A stretch of DNA of 64,000 nucleotides from Amoeboaphelidium protococcarum X5 (taxonomy: Eukaryota; Fungi; Aphelidiomycota). The stretch lies in assembly GCA_023515725.1 (NCBI GenBank), contig JALDTO010000288.1, positions 1 to 64,000 of the forward strand, read 5' to 3'. Of the stretch, positions 51,188 to 63,243 are shown in pieces; position 1 is the stretch's first letter; the number at the start of each line of letters is the position of its first letter. The translations under genes were made by a program, and so were the position numbers. Below the pieces are notes generated by a model. The model did not search any database, was not told the origin of the DNA, and saw nothing but the letters and a program-made list of their open reading frames with translations.

Positions 51188-53487
51188 ATGACTGACAATC
51201 AGCCGCAGATCGTTAGACTTTTAGACTCTACTGGATTGACAGTACTGGACAGTATTGACTGCGAGTATGAAGACTCATTCTGTCTAGAGACTTTTGGAGA
51301 TCTAATCACGCAGGCTGAGGAAGTTGAACCCAAAGGTATGTAATATCACCATTGGCATCAATTGTGACACTGTAATTTAATTCTAGCGAATACTTTGTAG
51401 GATCGAAACATTTTATTATAGCAAGAGTCCAGACATGGGATCACAAACAACCTGGACGTGCCTTCTACTCTTACTACCATGCCCACCATTTGAACAAGTT
51501 GCTCTTTCAGACTCAAGTCTACTTGGACAAGAAGCTTATACATAGACTGCATGTAATGAACCCATTAACCAATACTGATATAATCGGCAATGTGCTGTAC
51601 TTTATAGTAGTTGGTAGATCTGGCAATGAGATGGCTGGAGCTGTGACTGCTGCAAAGAAGCAATCACTGGGCAGTAAAAATGATAATGGTATTAAGGCAA
51701 CAGCCGCTATTGAATCTGCGTCATCACCACCAACTGATCAGGTATCGACTACTCGTCCCAAAGTTACAATTAAAGTGGATACTGCCGCTAATAGCAGAGG
51801 GGACTCTACGAAGCCTAAATTGAATTTTATTGCTCATCCACCGACACCATCAGTATCCCGGATGCCACCTTTGCAGAATGACACTGCCATGCTGAATCGT
51901 GCGTTCCATCATCAGCTGCCTGTGCTGGACGAGGACGAAGATGCTGATGATGGTTACGCTTAAGGCGGTTCTGTGGGAGGTGATAATCCTAATGGTAGTG
52001 AATATGATAGTGCACCTCAATCACCTGCTAAGTCTATCTTGTTTGAGAGATTGTAGAGTCCGCTCGAGTTGGCTAATAATGGCTGGACATTGAAGGGTAC
52101 TGTGACTTCAGAGGTTGGTGCCAAAGAGTAATTGATGGTGGAAAAGCTACCATCTCCCTCTATCAGATCCGCATATGGTACGAGATAGAATCCGTTTTCA
52201 GCTTATCCATCAAGTCCTCTGAGGGCCGAGTTTAGTGCTGGTGCTGCAACAAGCGGTGGCAAGAAGGCGTCCAGAAGGACCTCCTCATAAGCTCTGAAGG
52301 GAGCCATTGACAAGCAGATCAAGGGCGCTAAAGGATTCAACTAATTGTAAGAGTCGTCATCAAACTTGATTGAATCGCTGTAATAGTAACAAGATAATAG
52401 TGGCAGCTAGGAGACTTAATAGAAATAAAGCTAACCTTCTGGCAGTGGGGTGAAATTTGATGTACCTTTAAATACCAAAGCGGGAGATAGTAACATCAAA
52501 GGTGGAAAGAGGATTCCTGTGAATCTGACTGTAAGTACTGCATTAAATGTCAATGTATCTAGTGGTCCAAAGACGGCGGACGTTAATGGATTAAAGCAGA
52601 GACGCCGCTAGAATGCACCCATCACACCGTCCCCATTCCGACCTCCACTCTCCGCCTTCCCATACTTGGATGAGCGCGTATAGAACAAGCTGGCTGCTAT
52701 AGTTCCTACTGGGTAGATTACATAGAGAGGAGCACCGCTGACTCCCGTCTAGGCTCTGGCAGTTATTCCACCGTCATCTAAGCAGCGTCGAAGATAATTG
52801 AGCTTTATGAACAGTGTAGAGAGTAGTGGATCATTTAATGCCACCATCGAGGATTGGCAAAAGATGAAGAGTCAAGAGCAGCGGCCCAAGATTAACACCA
52901 AAAATGATTAGCTTGTCTAAATACAAATTTCTAGTGCAAGAAGTGATGACGTAGAAGATGAGGATGATGATAATGGAGTTGAAGATTTGCAGAGTAGAAG
53001 TGGAAAGTATGACGAAGTGAAGCCTTTCGGTGGACTGAACATTGTTGCAGTGGAAGATGTTGATTCTCTGAGCCGAACGTAGCAAGATTAAACCATCAAT
53101 CAAAAGAAGGTGGATGTGGTATCATTTGATGCAGTTCTGTTGGCAACTGACGGAGATTTCCTGGAGCAGTCTAGAATTAGAGCCATTTTTAGGGAGAATG
53201 CTGTACACCAGCAAGATGCAGTGCTCTTTGAAATGCCTCCATTCACAGGTGATGATAATAATGACGGAGTGACGAACGCTTTAAGAGGAAATAGGCTACT
53301 GACGGATGAAGGTGTAATTCCATGTGACTTTTGCTTCCCCACAGACTAACAGTTGAATCATCCTAATCCATATTTACGTGTATTCCATCAACTAAAGTGC
53401 TACTTTCTGATTATAGTTCTCACAGCGGCCATTGTTGGATTTATCTACCTGGTTGCCAATCGCTCATCTCCTCCATCTGGCAGTTGA
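51188..53487 (+). CDS. DUF5092-like protein with long disordered insert and C-terminal TM helix (exons 51188-51335 and 51401-53487)
   Basis: EDSFCLETFGDLI...HFIIARVQTWD...FYSYYHAHHLNKLLF...NPLTNTDIIGNVLYF and distal ATDGDFLEQSRIRAIFRENA; TM YFLIIVLTAAIVGFIYLV. Family name recalled from memory, not searched. Confidence 0.6.
51336..51400 (+). other. Spliceosomal intron, 65 nt
   Basis: GTATGT...TGTAG; joins PKG^SKHFIIARV in frame. Confidence 0.75.
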
Positions 53488-53669
53488 ATCTAAGCAACTA
53501 CTGATCTGGATAATAGATTTTTGAATGGATCATGTGCGTTGACTGTATAATGTGAAAAAGTGAATGAATGATGAGTGTGATTATATTAAATGTGATGAAG
53601 TTGAATGCGCAAATTAATGTTGATGTAGTAACAAGAAGTTAATTTTAACTGATTCATTAGTCTTTAAAA

Positions 53670-54626
53670 TCACAGCTTGCTATTAGCACCAGATTACTAC
53701 GTGTAATCATAAAATCCGCGGCCAGATTTGCGACCAAGCTTGCCTTCATTCACCATTTTTACTAACAGCTAACTCTTCTTAAAGTCTTTAGGGAAAACGC
53801 CTTTATCTTCCCATCCATCAACTATAAACTTGAGCGTGTCCAGTCCAACCATGTCCGCCAATGTAAATGGGCCCATCGGGTATCCGGCGCCCAACTTCAT
53901 CGCAGTATCAATATCCTCTACAGAAGCATCACCTCTCTCATAAAGCGATATGGCCTCAATCATGTAAGGCACTAGCAGTCTGTTCACAATGAATCCGGGC
54001 GTATCTTTACACTTTACGGGAGACTTGCCCAGGGTCTTACTGAACTCAACCAGAGATTTAAAAGTCTAGTCAGACGTTCCACCAACAGATCCATTTGCCA
54101 GCGGACTCAGATTAACCACTTCGACCAGCTTCATCAGCGGAACGGGATTAAAAAAGTGCAAGCCAGCCCAAAGTCCAGAGCGCTTCTAGCTGCCACCATC
54201 TTTTCCATGCACACCGCTCATGATCTAAGTGATTGGAATAGAGCTAGTATTTGAGGCTAGTATAGTGTGTTGAGGAGCGATTGCATTCACCTTTTTGAAT
54301 AGAGAAATTTTAGCATCCAAGTTCTCCACAATCGCCTCAATGACCAAATCACAGTCTTTCGCAATAGCTCCGCTAGACTCCAAGCTGGTACTAGTAGATA
54401 TGTTTGCCATGACTTGGCTAGTCCACTGCTTCGCCTCATCACCGGAATCCTTATACTTCTTCGCTGCCATCTTGGCCAAGTTCTTCTCGATGGACGTCAC
54501 TCCTTTGCTCAAAGCCTTCTCGCTGGCGTCAATCAGGCTCACCTTCAGTCCACTCTGGGCCACAACATGCGCTATTCCACTTCCCATCAGTCCCGCTCCA
54601 ACTACCGCCACCTTTTTAATAGTCAT
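53670..54626 (-). CDS. HADH: 3-hydroxyacyl-CoA dehydrogenase with C-terminal SKL
   Basis: [52 protein letters not shown]; ends GFYDYTQQSGANSKL-TGA. Confidence 0.92.
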
Positions 54627-54855
54627 ATCTGTACTATATTTTACTATTTGCTCTGAAGCGAAACTGCTATTTACCTGGAATTAGATAAGAAATGAGAAAG
54701 TTCCTTTTATAAGCGATTACCATGGAAAGAAACTACGCGACTTGGTCGAGACACGTTTTAAGAATAAAACTTGGTATAGGTATAACTACAATTTATTTTA
54801 TTAAAATCATTTACATTACATTTTTATTCCATTAATTACTTCAGTAATGAGATTC

Positions 54856-57489
54856 TCATAAATGCTCTTCGACAGCCATCTCGTCGCCACCTTTAGTTCC
54901 GACATTGAAGATGAGATTTCCATCCAGCATATCGATAATGACGACACTATGATCTACGACAGTGCCAGCGATAATCATCTTGGACAGTTCGGTAACAATA
55001 TTCTTCTCCAAATATCTCTTGAGAGGCCTTGCACCAAAGTTAGGATCATACGCAACCTGGCCAATGTGACTAGCTGCAGCCTCTGACACGACCAAATCGA
55101 TATCCTTCTACTCTTTCAGTCTCTTTTTCACGTCAGCCAACTGTATCATCACAATCTTCTCCAGGTCAGCATCAGTCAGAGGATTGAACACGATTATATT
55201 GTCGATTCTGTTGATAAACTCTGGTCTCAAGCTCTGATGTACGGCGCGCAATACTGCATCCTTGTTCTGCTACGAGACGGTACCTGTCTAAGCAATAGCC
55301 TCAGTCAGGAGATGACTACCAATATTAGAGGTCATGATGATCACACAGTTACTAAAGTCCACAACTCTTCCCTTGCCATCAGTCAGGCGGCCATCGTCCA
55401 ATACCTGCAGCAAAATGTTTAACACATTCAAATCAGCCTTTTCGATTTCATCAAATAGCACAACGCAATACGGATTTCTACGCACCTTCTCCGTCAATTA
55501 ACCACCAGATTCATAACCAACATAACCTGGAGGGGAGCCAATCAGTCTATTCACAGTGTGAGATTGCTGATACTCAGACATGTCAATACGTACTACGGCC
55601 TTCTCGTCATCAAAGAGCTCAAACGCCAATGCCTTTGCTAATTGCGTCTTGCCCACACCGCTAGATCCCAAAAAGAGGAATGATCCATACGGAGCATTAG
55701 CCCGAGACAATCCCGACCTGTTCCTAAGCACTGCATCTGCCACGGCTTCGACAGCTTCATCTTGTCCAACCACCTTACGCCTCAAATGATCAGCCAATTG
55801 TAGCAGTCTCTAAGATTCAGAAGCGTTCAATCTACTGACAGGAATTCCAGTCCATTTAGCAATGATCTGGCAAACTTGGTCTTCAGTCACAACCTCCTGC
55901 ACCATACGATCAGCCTCTGGAATCTGATTCTTCTCTTCAGCAGCCTTAAGCTCAGCAATCTACTTCTCCAGATCTGGAATAGCAAAGTACTTGATGTCAG
56001 CTGCCAATTGCAAATCTCGGCGACGTTCAGCATCAGCCATCTTTCCCTTTAATTCATCCAGTTTCTAGTTGAGCTGCTAGATTTGCGTAATTCTAGATCT
56101 CTCATTCTGCAACTTCATATTCAGAGGCTTCAGCTACTCCTCGACTTTAGATAACTCCTCTTTGATCTTGGCGAGGCGCTACTTGGACACTGGATCTGAT
56201 TCTTTGTTCAGAGCATGTTCTTCAATTTCCAACTACAGCTTTTTACGCTCCAGCATATCAATCACCTCTGGTCTGGAATCTCTTTAAATTCTAACAGTAG
56301 CACATGCTTCATCCAGAACATCAATAGCACTATCAGGCAGAAATCTATGCGAGATATAACGCTTTGCAAGAGTGGCAGCGGCGACAATAGAGGCATCAGC
56401 AATCTTGATTCCATGGAATGCCTCATACTTGTCCTTCAGACCACGCAGAATACTAATAGTATCAGGAACTGTAGGCTCACGAACCATCACTTGCTAGAAT
56501 CTTCTCTCAAATGCAGCATCCTTCTCCACATGTTGCTAATACTCTTCCAAAGTGGTGGCTCCAATGACTCTAATCTAGCCACGAGCCAAAGCAGGCTTCA
56601 GAATATTAGCAGCATCAAGTTGGCCTTGATTACCTCCAGCTCCCAGGGCCAGGTGTAATTCATCAATAAACAAAATAATCCCACCATTAGACTCTTCCAA
56701 AGTCTTGATAACTTCAGTCAGACGTTCTTCAAACTGGCCGCGATAGGACGCGCCTGCAACCAGAGCCGCCATACTCAAACTGTACACCTGACACTTGAGA
56801 CTCTCAGGAACATCACCGCGAACTATTCTCTAAGCCAGGCCTTCAACGATAGCAGTCTTACCCACTCCAGGAGGTCCGATGAGCACAGGATTATTCTTGG
56901 TCCTTCTACACAACACCTAGATAGTACGGCGAATCTCTTCATCCCTACCAATGATGGGATCCAACTTATTCTACTCAGCCAGCTTGACCATGTTCACAGC
57001 ATACTTCTCCAGCGCCTCATAATGCTCCTCGGCGTTCTTTGACGATACTCTTCTATTTCCCTTTACTGACTTTATGGCATTCACCACCAGATCCTTCTTC
57101 AGACCAATCTCAGTCAAGAGTTCAGCCACCTGCTTATCATCATACAGAGCCACCAGAAGATGATCAACAGCCATCAGCGCGTCTCCGGCATCTTTCTTTA
57201 CAGTTTCAGCCTTTCTCAAAACGCTCATCATGCCATGACTGAAGTTTATATTATCAGGCGGTGGGTGCTGAGATGGCAACTTTACTAGGGCTTTACTCAG
57301 AGTACGGTCGACAACCTGCTTCTCAATACAAAATCTTTCCAGTAGAGACTTGCCAATGCCACCATCTTGAAAGATAGCAATAGCCACATGGAGAGGATAA
57401 ATCATTGGGTTACCATTCTCTTCAGCCAAACTATGAGCCTTTGAAATGATCTTTTAAGTATTATCGGTAAACTCTTCAACGTTAACCAT
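54856..57489 (-). CDS. HSP104: Hsp104/ClpB disaggregase
   Basis: [67 protein letters not shown]. Confidence 0.95.
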
Positions 57490-57612
57490 TATTGTTATTA
57501 TTGTCAGTAGTATTACTTCAATTGTATGTAAGAAAGATAAGAAAAGGCAGGAGTGCCAGCAAAGGATTGTTCAGTTTTATGATACAACGTTGAAATCACA
57601 CTGGCATCGACG

Positions 57613-57627
57613 CGAATCATCTCGAAG
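57613..57627. promoter_or_regulatory. Imperfect heat-shock element upstream of HSP104
   Basis: cGAAtcATCtcGAAg is nGAAn-nTTCn-nGAAn with one mismatch, about 125 bp upstream of the HSP104 ATG. Confidence 0.3.
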
Positions 57628-58173
57628 GCGCTGGATCATCGTCGTTGATCACCTAAACTTCAAGAGTCCTTTACTGCACATTGCATCTCGTGATGACTGC
57701 TTACCTTTAAAAAATCATTGCGGTGACATACAGAAATAAACAATGTGAAAAATTGATATTTTAGTGGAGGTGTTGTAAAATATGAGGTTTCAAGCAAGTC
57801 TAATAGTTTTGTATAGCAACGCTGAATAGTACAATTAGTAAGCGTCTGTCCTTCTTAATTTCAAAGAATCGTGTTATCAATTTACTATTTTACAATATAA
57901 TTGCCCTTGAAATCATTAAAAGATTTTTATAGTAGAACGTGACGATTAATTTTCTGCGTGAGATATCATGACATACTCGGTTTATTGAGATGGGCGCCTC
58001 ATTACTCCAGTCTCCACGCGCCAGTTGTACAATCGCGCGCTCCCTGAACAAACTCTCATTCAGTCGGCCGGTCGGCCAAGTTTGTCATGCGATCAAATTC
58101 GCTCTGAACGCTTTCTCTTCGATTGGCGTGATCGCTAGATAATACAACTCCACACCGATCTTGGAAGCTAACA

Positions 58174-60347
58174 ATGCTAGAAGAAGCTGCTAAATTTATT
58201 GTTCCGATAGTCTTGGTGACTGTTGTCGCTGGCTTTCTGTTTGGTCGTAATAACTTTCAGGTGAGACAGGCGCCTAAGTTGCAATCGTAAGTTTTCGTAT
58301 GTTGATTGCATGGCTGTTATACATGATCAAATTTTATGTTCACACATACACACATGTTTGTAGAATTCCATCTAGCGAAAAGAAGCAGGGTGAAAGTGCC
58401 ATCTACAGACATCCAAAGACGCCACATGGTGGTCCTCTGTTGAAGGGACATCCTCAATATCCTGAAGTGACCACGTTCTATGAAGGATTTCAGTCTGGTG
58501 TCAAGAAGGCTGGTGCTAGACATTGTATGGGCACTCGTGTCGGTGATGGTCCATATGTGTGGGAAACTTACAGTGAGATTGAGTAGCGTGTGAAGGCACT
58601 TGGATCTGGATTGCGCGAACTTGGCCTGATCAGTGAGAGAACCAATGGCCAGGATATTAAGGGCACTTAGATGGTTGGTATCTATGCAAAGAATTGCTCA
58701 GAGTGGCTGATCACTTAGATTGCTTGCAGTGCCTACTCCTTCGTCGTGGTTCCGCTATATGATACTCTTGGTCATGATGCTATCAAGTACATCATCAACT
58801 AGGCAGAGTTGTCTGTGGTTATTGTAGAGCCTGGCAAGTTGCAGAATCTGTTGCAATGCGCCAATAGCTGCCCATCTTTGAAGTATGTTGTCAAGATGGG
58901 CTCTTCGCTCACTCAGGAGGAGAAGCAGTCGGCCAAGCAGTTGAGTCCAAGTGTGAGTTTGATGTACTTTAAGGGAGTGGAAGCTTTGGGTAAGGAGAAT
59001 CTGAAGCCTGTTGTACCTGCAAAGCCAGACGATTTGCTCACCATCTGCTATACTAGTGGTACTACTGGCGATCCTAAAGGTGTCATGATCACGCATGAGA
59101 ATATTGTTGCCGAAGCAGCTGGTGTCTTTTCCACTTTCCCTGAAGATTTGGTCTTGGATGAGAATGAGCTGCATCTTTCATTTCTTCCTCTGGCTCATAT
59201 TTTTGAGCAGTTGATTGCAGTTGCAATTTTGACTGTTGGCGGAGCTGTGGCCTTCTACCGTGGAGACGTTCTCAAACTGCTGGATGATCTGCAGTTCAGT
59301 AAGCCAACCGTGTTCCCTGCTGTGCCGCGTCTGCTTAACAGAGTTCACGATAAAATTTGGTAGACTGTGAATGAGGCATCTGCGGTGAGAAGATTTATCT
59401 TCAAGTTTGCTCTTGAACAGAAGAGAAAGCTGCTGCGTCGTGGAATTGTGACCAAGGACTCTTTCTGGGATAAGTTGGTGTTTAATAAAATCCAGGCTCG
59501 TCTTGGTGGTCGTGTCAAGTTGATGGTAAGTGGAGCTGCTCCTATCTCACATGAGACTATTGAGTTCTTCCGTATTGTATTTGGATGTGAAGTGCTGGAA
59601 GGATACGGTTAGACGGAGACTGCCGCTGCTGTTGTGGCTACATGTGTCGGAGACTACAGCTTTGAGTATGGAAGTCACGTTGGATGTGTTCTTCCATGTA
59701 ACGAGATCAAGTTGGTTGATGCACCTGAATTGGATTATTTGAGCACTGACAAGCCTCATCCGCGTGGTGAGGTTTGTGTTAGAGGATATAATGTGTTCAA
59801 GGGGTACTACAAGATGCCTGATAAGACTGCTGAGACTTTGATTGACGGTTGGAATTATTCTGGTGATATTGGAATGTTCTTGCCTAATGGTACACTGAAG
59901 ATTATTGACCGTAAGAAGAACTTGTTCAAGTTGGCACAGGGTGAGTACATCAGTCCGGAGAAGGTTGAGAATGTGTATGTGAAGTGTAATTTGATCGAGC
60001 AGTGTTTTGTGTATGGCAACTCTTTGGAGCACTGTCTGATTGGTGTCGTGATTCCTGATGAAGAATGTGCCAGAAAATGGGCACAGGATAATGGTAAGCC
60101 TGCAGATGTGGTTGCTCTTTGTCAAGATCCTCAGTTTAAATAGGCTCTTGTCAAGGAGATGAAGGAATAGGCCAAGTAAGCCAAATTGCATAGCTTTGAG
60201 CAGTTGAAAGATTTCATTGTGGACCATGAAAAGTTCACCGTTGAGAACAATCTATTGACGCCGTCTTTCAAGCTGAAGCGCAAAGAGACGAAGCAAAAGT
60301 ATGAGTCCCAACTCAATGACATGTATCAGAAGATGAAGCAAAAGTGA
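58174..60347 (+). CDS. Long-chain acyl-CoA synthetase (exons 58174-58286 and 58364-60347)
   Basis: N-terminal TM; ICYTSGTTGDPKG, SFLPLAHIFE, EGYGQTE, SGDIG, IIDRKKNLFKLAQGEYISPEKVE. Confidence 0.95.
58287..58363 (+). other. Spliceosomal intron, 77 nt
   Basis: GTAAGT...TGTAG; only this donor gives the correct phase (KLQS^IPSSEK). Confidence 0.75.
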
Positions 60348-60596
60348 ATAAATATTGAATAAGGTTATATAAATTAAGTCTTATATCTTTGTTTAAGCTT
60401 ATACTGGATCATGTTTTGTTTTGTGGGTGCCTATTGGCGTTGAATGCTTTTCTTATCATCTGTGTGCTTAATGCTTTCTTGTGATTTTCAATTGTTTCAA
60501 CTATCCAAAACGCGGCGCGAAGTCTAAACGTTATCGCTTCTTTTCATAAACCACAAATTTTACTATAAATTAGTTTGATATAAAGACAAAATTTTT

Positions 60597-61796
60597 ATGA
60601 TGGCTCATTATGCGGTGATAGCGATGTATATATTGCTGGTTTTGCTGGCGATTGTCAGTCCTCGTCTGAATAAAATTGTAGTCATCTCATCGGCACTAGT
60701 GCTGTCGTTCACTCCACTGTTCATAAGTCCTTTAGAGTATCAGAACAGGATTGAGCGTGCAATTTATGGGATAGCTGCGGTATTTTATAGTCTCAGATTA
60801 TCGGAATTGGTGTGTTGCAGCGAAACTTTGGCCCTATAATAAGGATCTGTCACCGGGCGGCTGCTGCACATTTTCGGATACTTTCATTCAAGAAGTCTGC
60901 AATCGTGGCATCTTGTGCATATGAAATGCGCTGTTGATACTCCAAAGTCTGACATTATCGCTGATTAGATTGCCTTCATACTGCCTCGACTCGTGGTGAA
61001 AATTGCCATATTGTCTATTGTCCGTTCTTTAGTGAAGAGCTTTAACGGATCCATATTCGCCATTCCATCATTGTACTTGTCAATGGTGGTGTATCTCTAT
61101 TGTTTTCTGCCCTTGATTGAATATTGTATGAGACTGGCGCTTCTTACTTTTGGCGTGTTTGTTCCCACTACCGTATCTGTATAGAACGACATTTTATTCT
61201 ATTTTGACGACTCTGACGTGTCTTTGGCTGTATTTTGGAGTAAGAGGTGGAACCAGGTTGTATAGAAAGACGTTTTGCGCCGATACGTGTACTTTCCCGT
61301 CTATAATGTGACGTAAGCGTGTGGTGGGATATCTCAGATTCAATCGAAATTCATGGCATCATTCGCCACTTTTCTAATAAGTGGTATCTGGCATGCCTGG
61401 CCTGTTCTGTTAGCACACGGTCACATACCACACTGGGATATGTATTGCGAAGGCGACAATAAAATTCCATTGAATAATCGAGGGCTATGGATGGCTGCGT
61501 CAATGTTCAGTTTCTTTATCGTCTAATGGCTGTTGATTGTGGTGGAACATTAGATATTTACCGTCCGCTAAGCAACTCCGTCCACATAGGTTTATAAACT
61601 TTAGATTCAAAGAATTGAGGTTAATGGCGATCCGGCTAGTGAAATTGTCAATAGTTAGGATACTATTCAATCTAAATAAGCTATAGCAATGTCAAAGTCC
61701 AAATCTCTGCACTTCTAACAGAAGCTATTCGTTTATGCCGCAGTCCTCCTTACCTCGCCTCTTTTGATTGCACCCATATTGAGCATTCTAGAGTGA
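60597..61796 (+). CDS. MBOAT acyltransferase, wax synthase/sterol acyltransferase type
   Basis: Multi-TM; SLAVFWSKRWNQVV...RRYVYFPV and ATFLISGIWH (catalytic His) motifs. Confidence 0.8.
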
Positions 61797-62232
61797 TAAC
61801 AATGAATGGCGATTTATAAAAGTTCTGCATGATGATTTGCTGTGCTTAAAACATAGTTTAGGAGCTGTTGGGGCAAGCAAACCATAGCACAACCACTGTA
61901 ACTTCTCTCTCTCAAAAAAATAACTAGGATTAAAACTGATCTTAAGTCTCAACTTACGTAACGGAAACCAAAATTTTATTTTATGGAACTGATATCTCTT
62001 CTATCTTGCGGCTTTGTTATTATTACGATTTTTGATTCGCTTCGACTTCGCGCGCGTTTTCATCTTCTGAGCCGGTCCGATCTGTCACGCCGTCTGTGTT
62101 AAGCCAGTTCTCCATCCATTTTAGATCTTCGACCTTTTGTATAGACTTGCTGATTAATCTAACACCATAATCTCGCTGGCCACCATCCTTACTGATTATT
62201 TAAAATAGTTCCTTCGCATTAAGCATAGAAGG

Positions 62233-63243
62233 ATGTGGTAGATGTATTTATTGCTATTCTTCCTGTTACCCGTCAGTGTCGTGAAGTTGACACCCAAGAT
62301 ACCTAATGCTTAACGAAAGTCATCCAAATTAAATGCCATGCTGCCTGAGAATACAAATCCGCTTCTATACAAGTCTATGCTGTTACTGAAATATGTTTTA
62401 AAGTGCATCGTATTGGCTCAAATTTCTTTGATCACTAATCTTGCCACATTGGTGATGGGAGTTCCTTGCCGATTGGGCATTTTTGGTCTTCAGCCTGAGA
62501 ATCTGAACAGTTACGCTGGGAAGTTGTATTACAATCTTTGTCGCGTATTATTAGATGTAAGGGTGCAAGTTGAAGGTGCAGAATTTCTTCCCAATGTAGA
62601 AGAGAATCCGTCAGATAAGACAGTGCTGATTGCCAACCATTAATCTGTTCTTGACTTGATAACAATGGCGTCCATCTGGATTCCACGGTCTGTGGTTATA
62701 ATCAAGGACGTTCTCAAGTATTATCCATTCTTTGGTTAGCATATGTGGTTGGCGGGTAACATTTTTATTCAGAGGCCTGGAAAGAAGTCTGCGCTGATTA
62801 ATAGCACATTGTCGCTTGAAGAAGTGAAGGAACGCGCAAAGTTGGTAATGAATGAGGCAGCTCTGAAGATGGTGGGGAAGAATGTCAATATCTTTTTATT
62901 TCCTGAGGGGACTCGGCACTCTTACAACGAACCACTTCCCAATTCTGATAGTAAACAAGTGCCGGATTTACCTCAGATGCTTCCGTTTAAGCGTGGCGCA
63001 TTCTAACTGGCTGCATCTGCTAAATGCTCTGTAACTCCTGTTGTAATTTCTGATTATACGCCAATATTCTCTTCATCCTTCTAAAGTGGATTTTGGTTCT
63101 ATGATGATGCTGTAATTAAGGTGCGCATTTTGAAACCAATACTTGTCGATGACTAAAATCTTGATAGTGTACGGTCTCAATGTCAGGACCTAATGCAGTC
63201 TAATCTTATAGAAATGAGCAGGCTGGATGAGAGTAGTAAATGA
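62233..63243 (+). CDS. 1-acylglycerol-3-phosphate acyltransferase (Slc1/AGPAT)
   Basis: IANH-TAA(Q)-SVLD, FIQR, FPEGTR, MLPFKRGAF. Confidence 0.9.
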
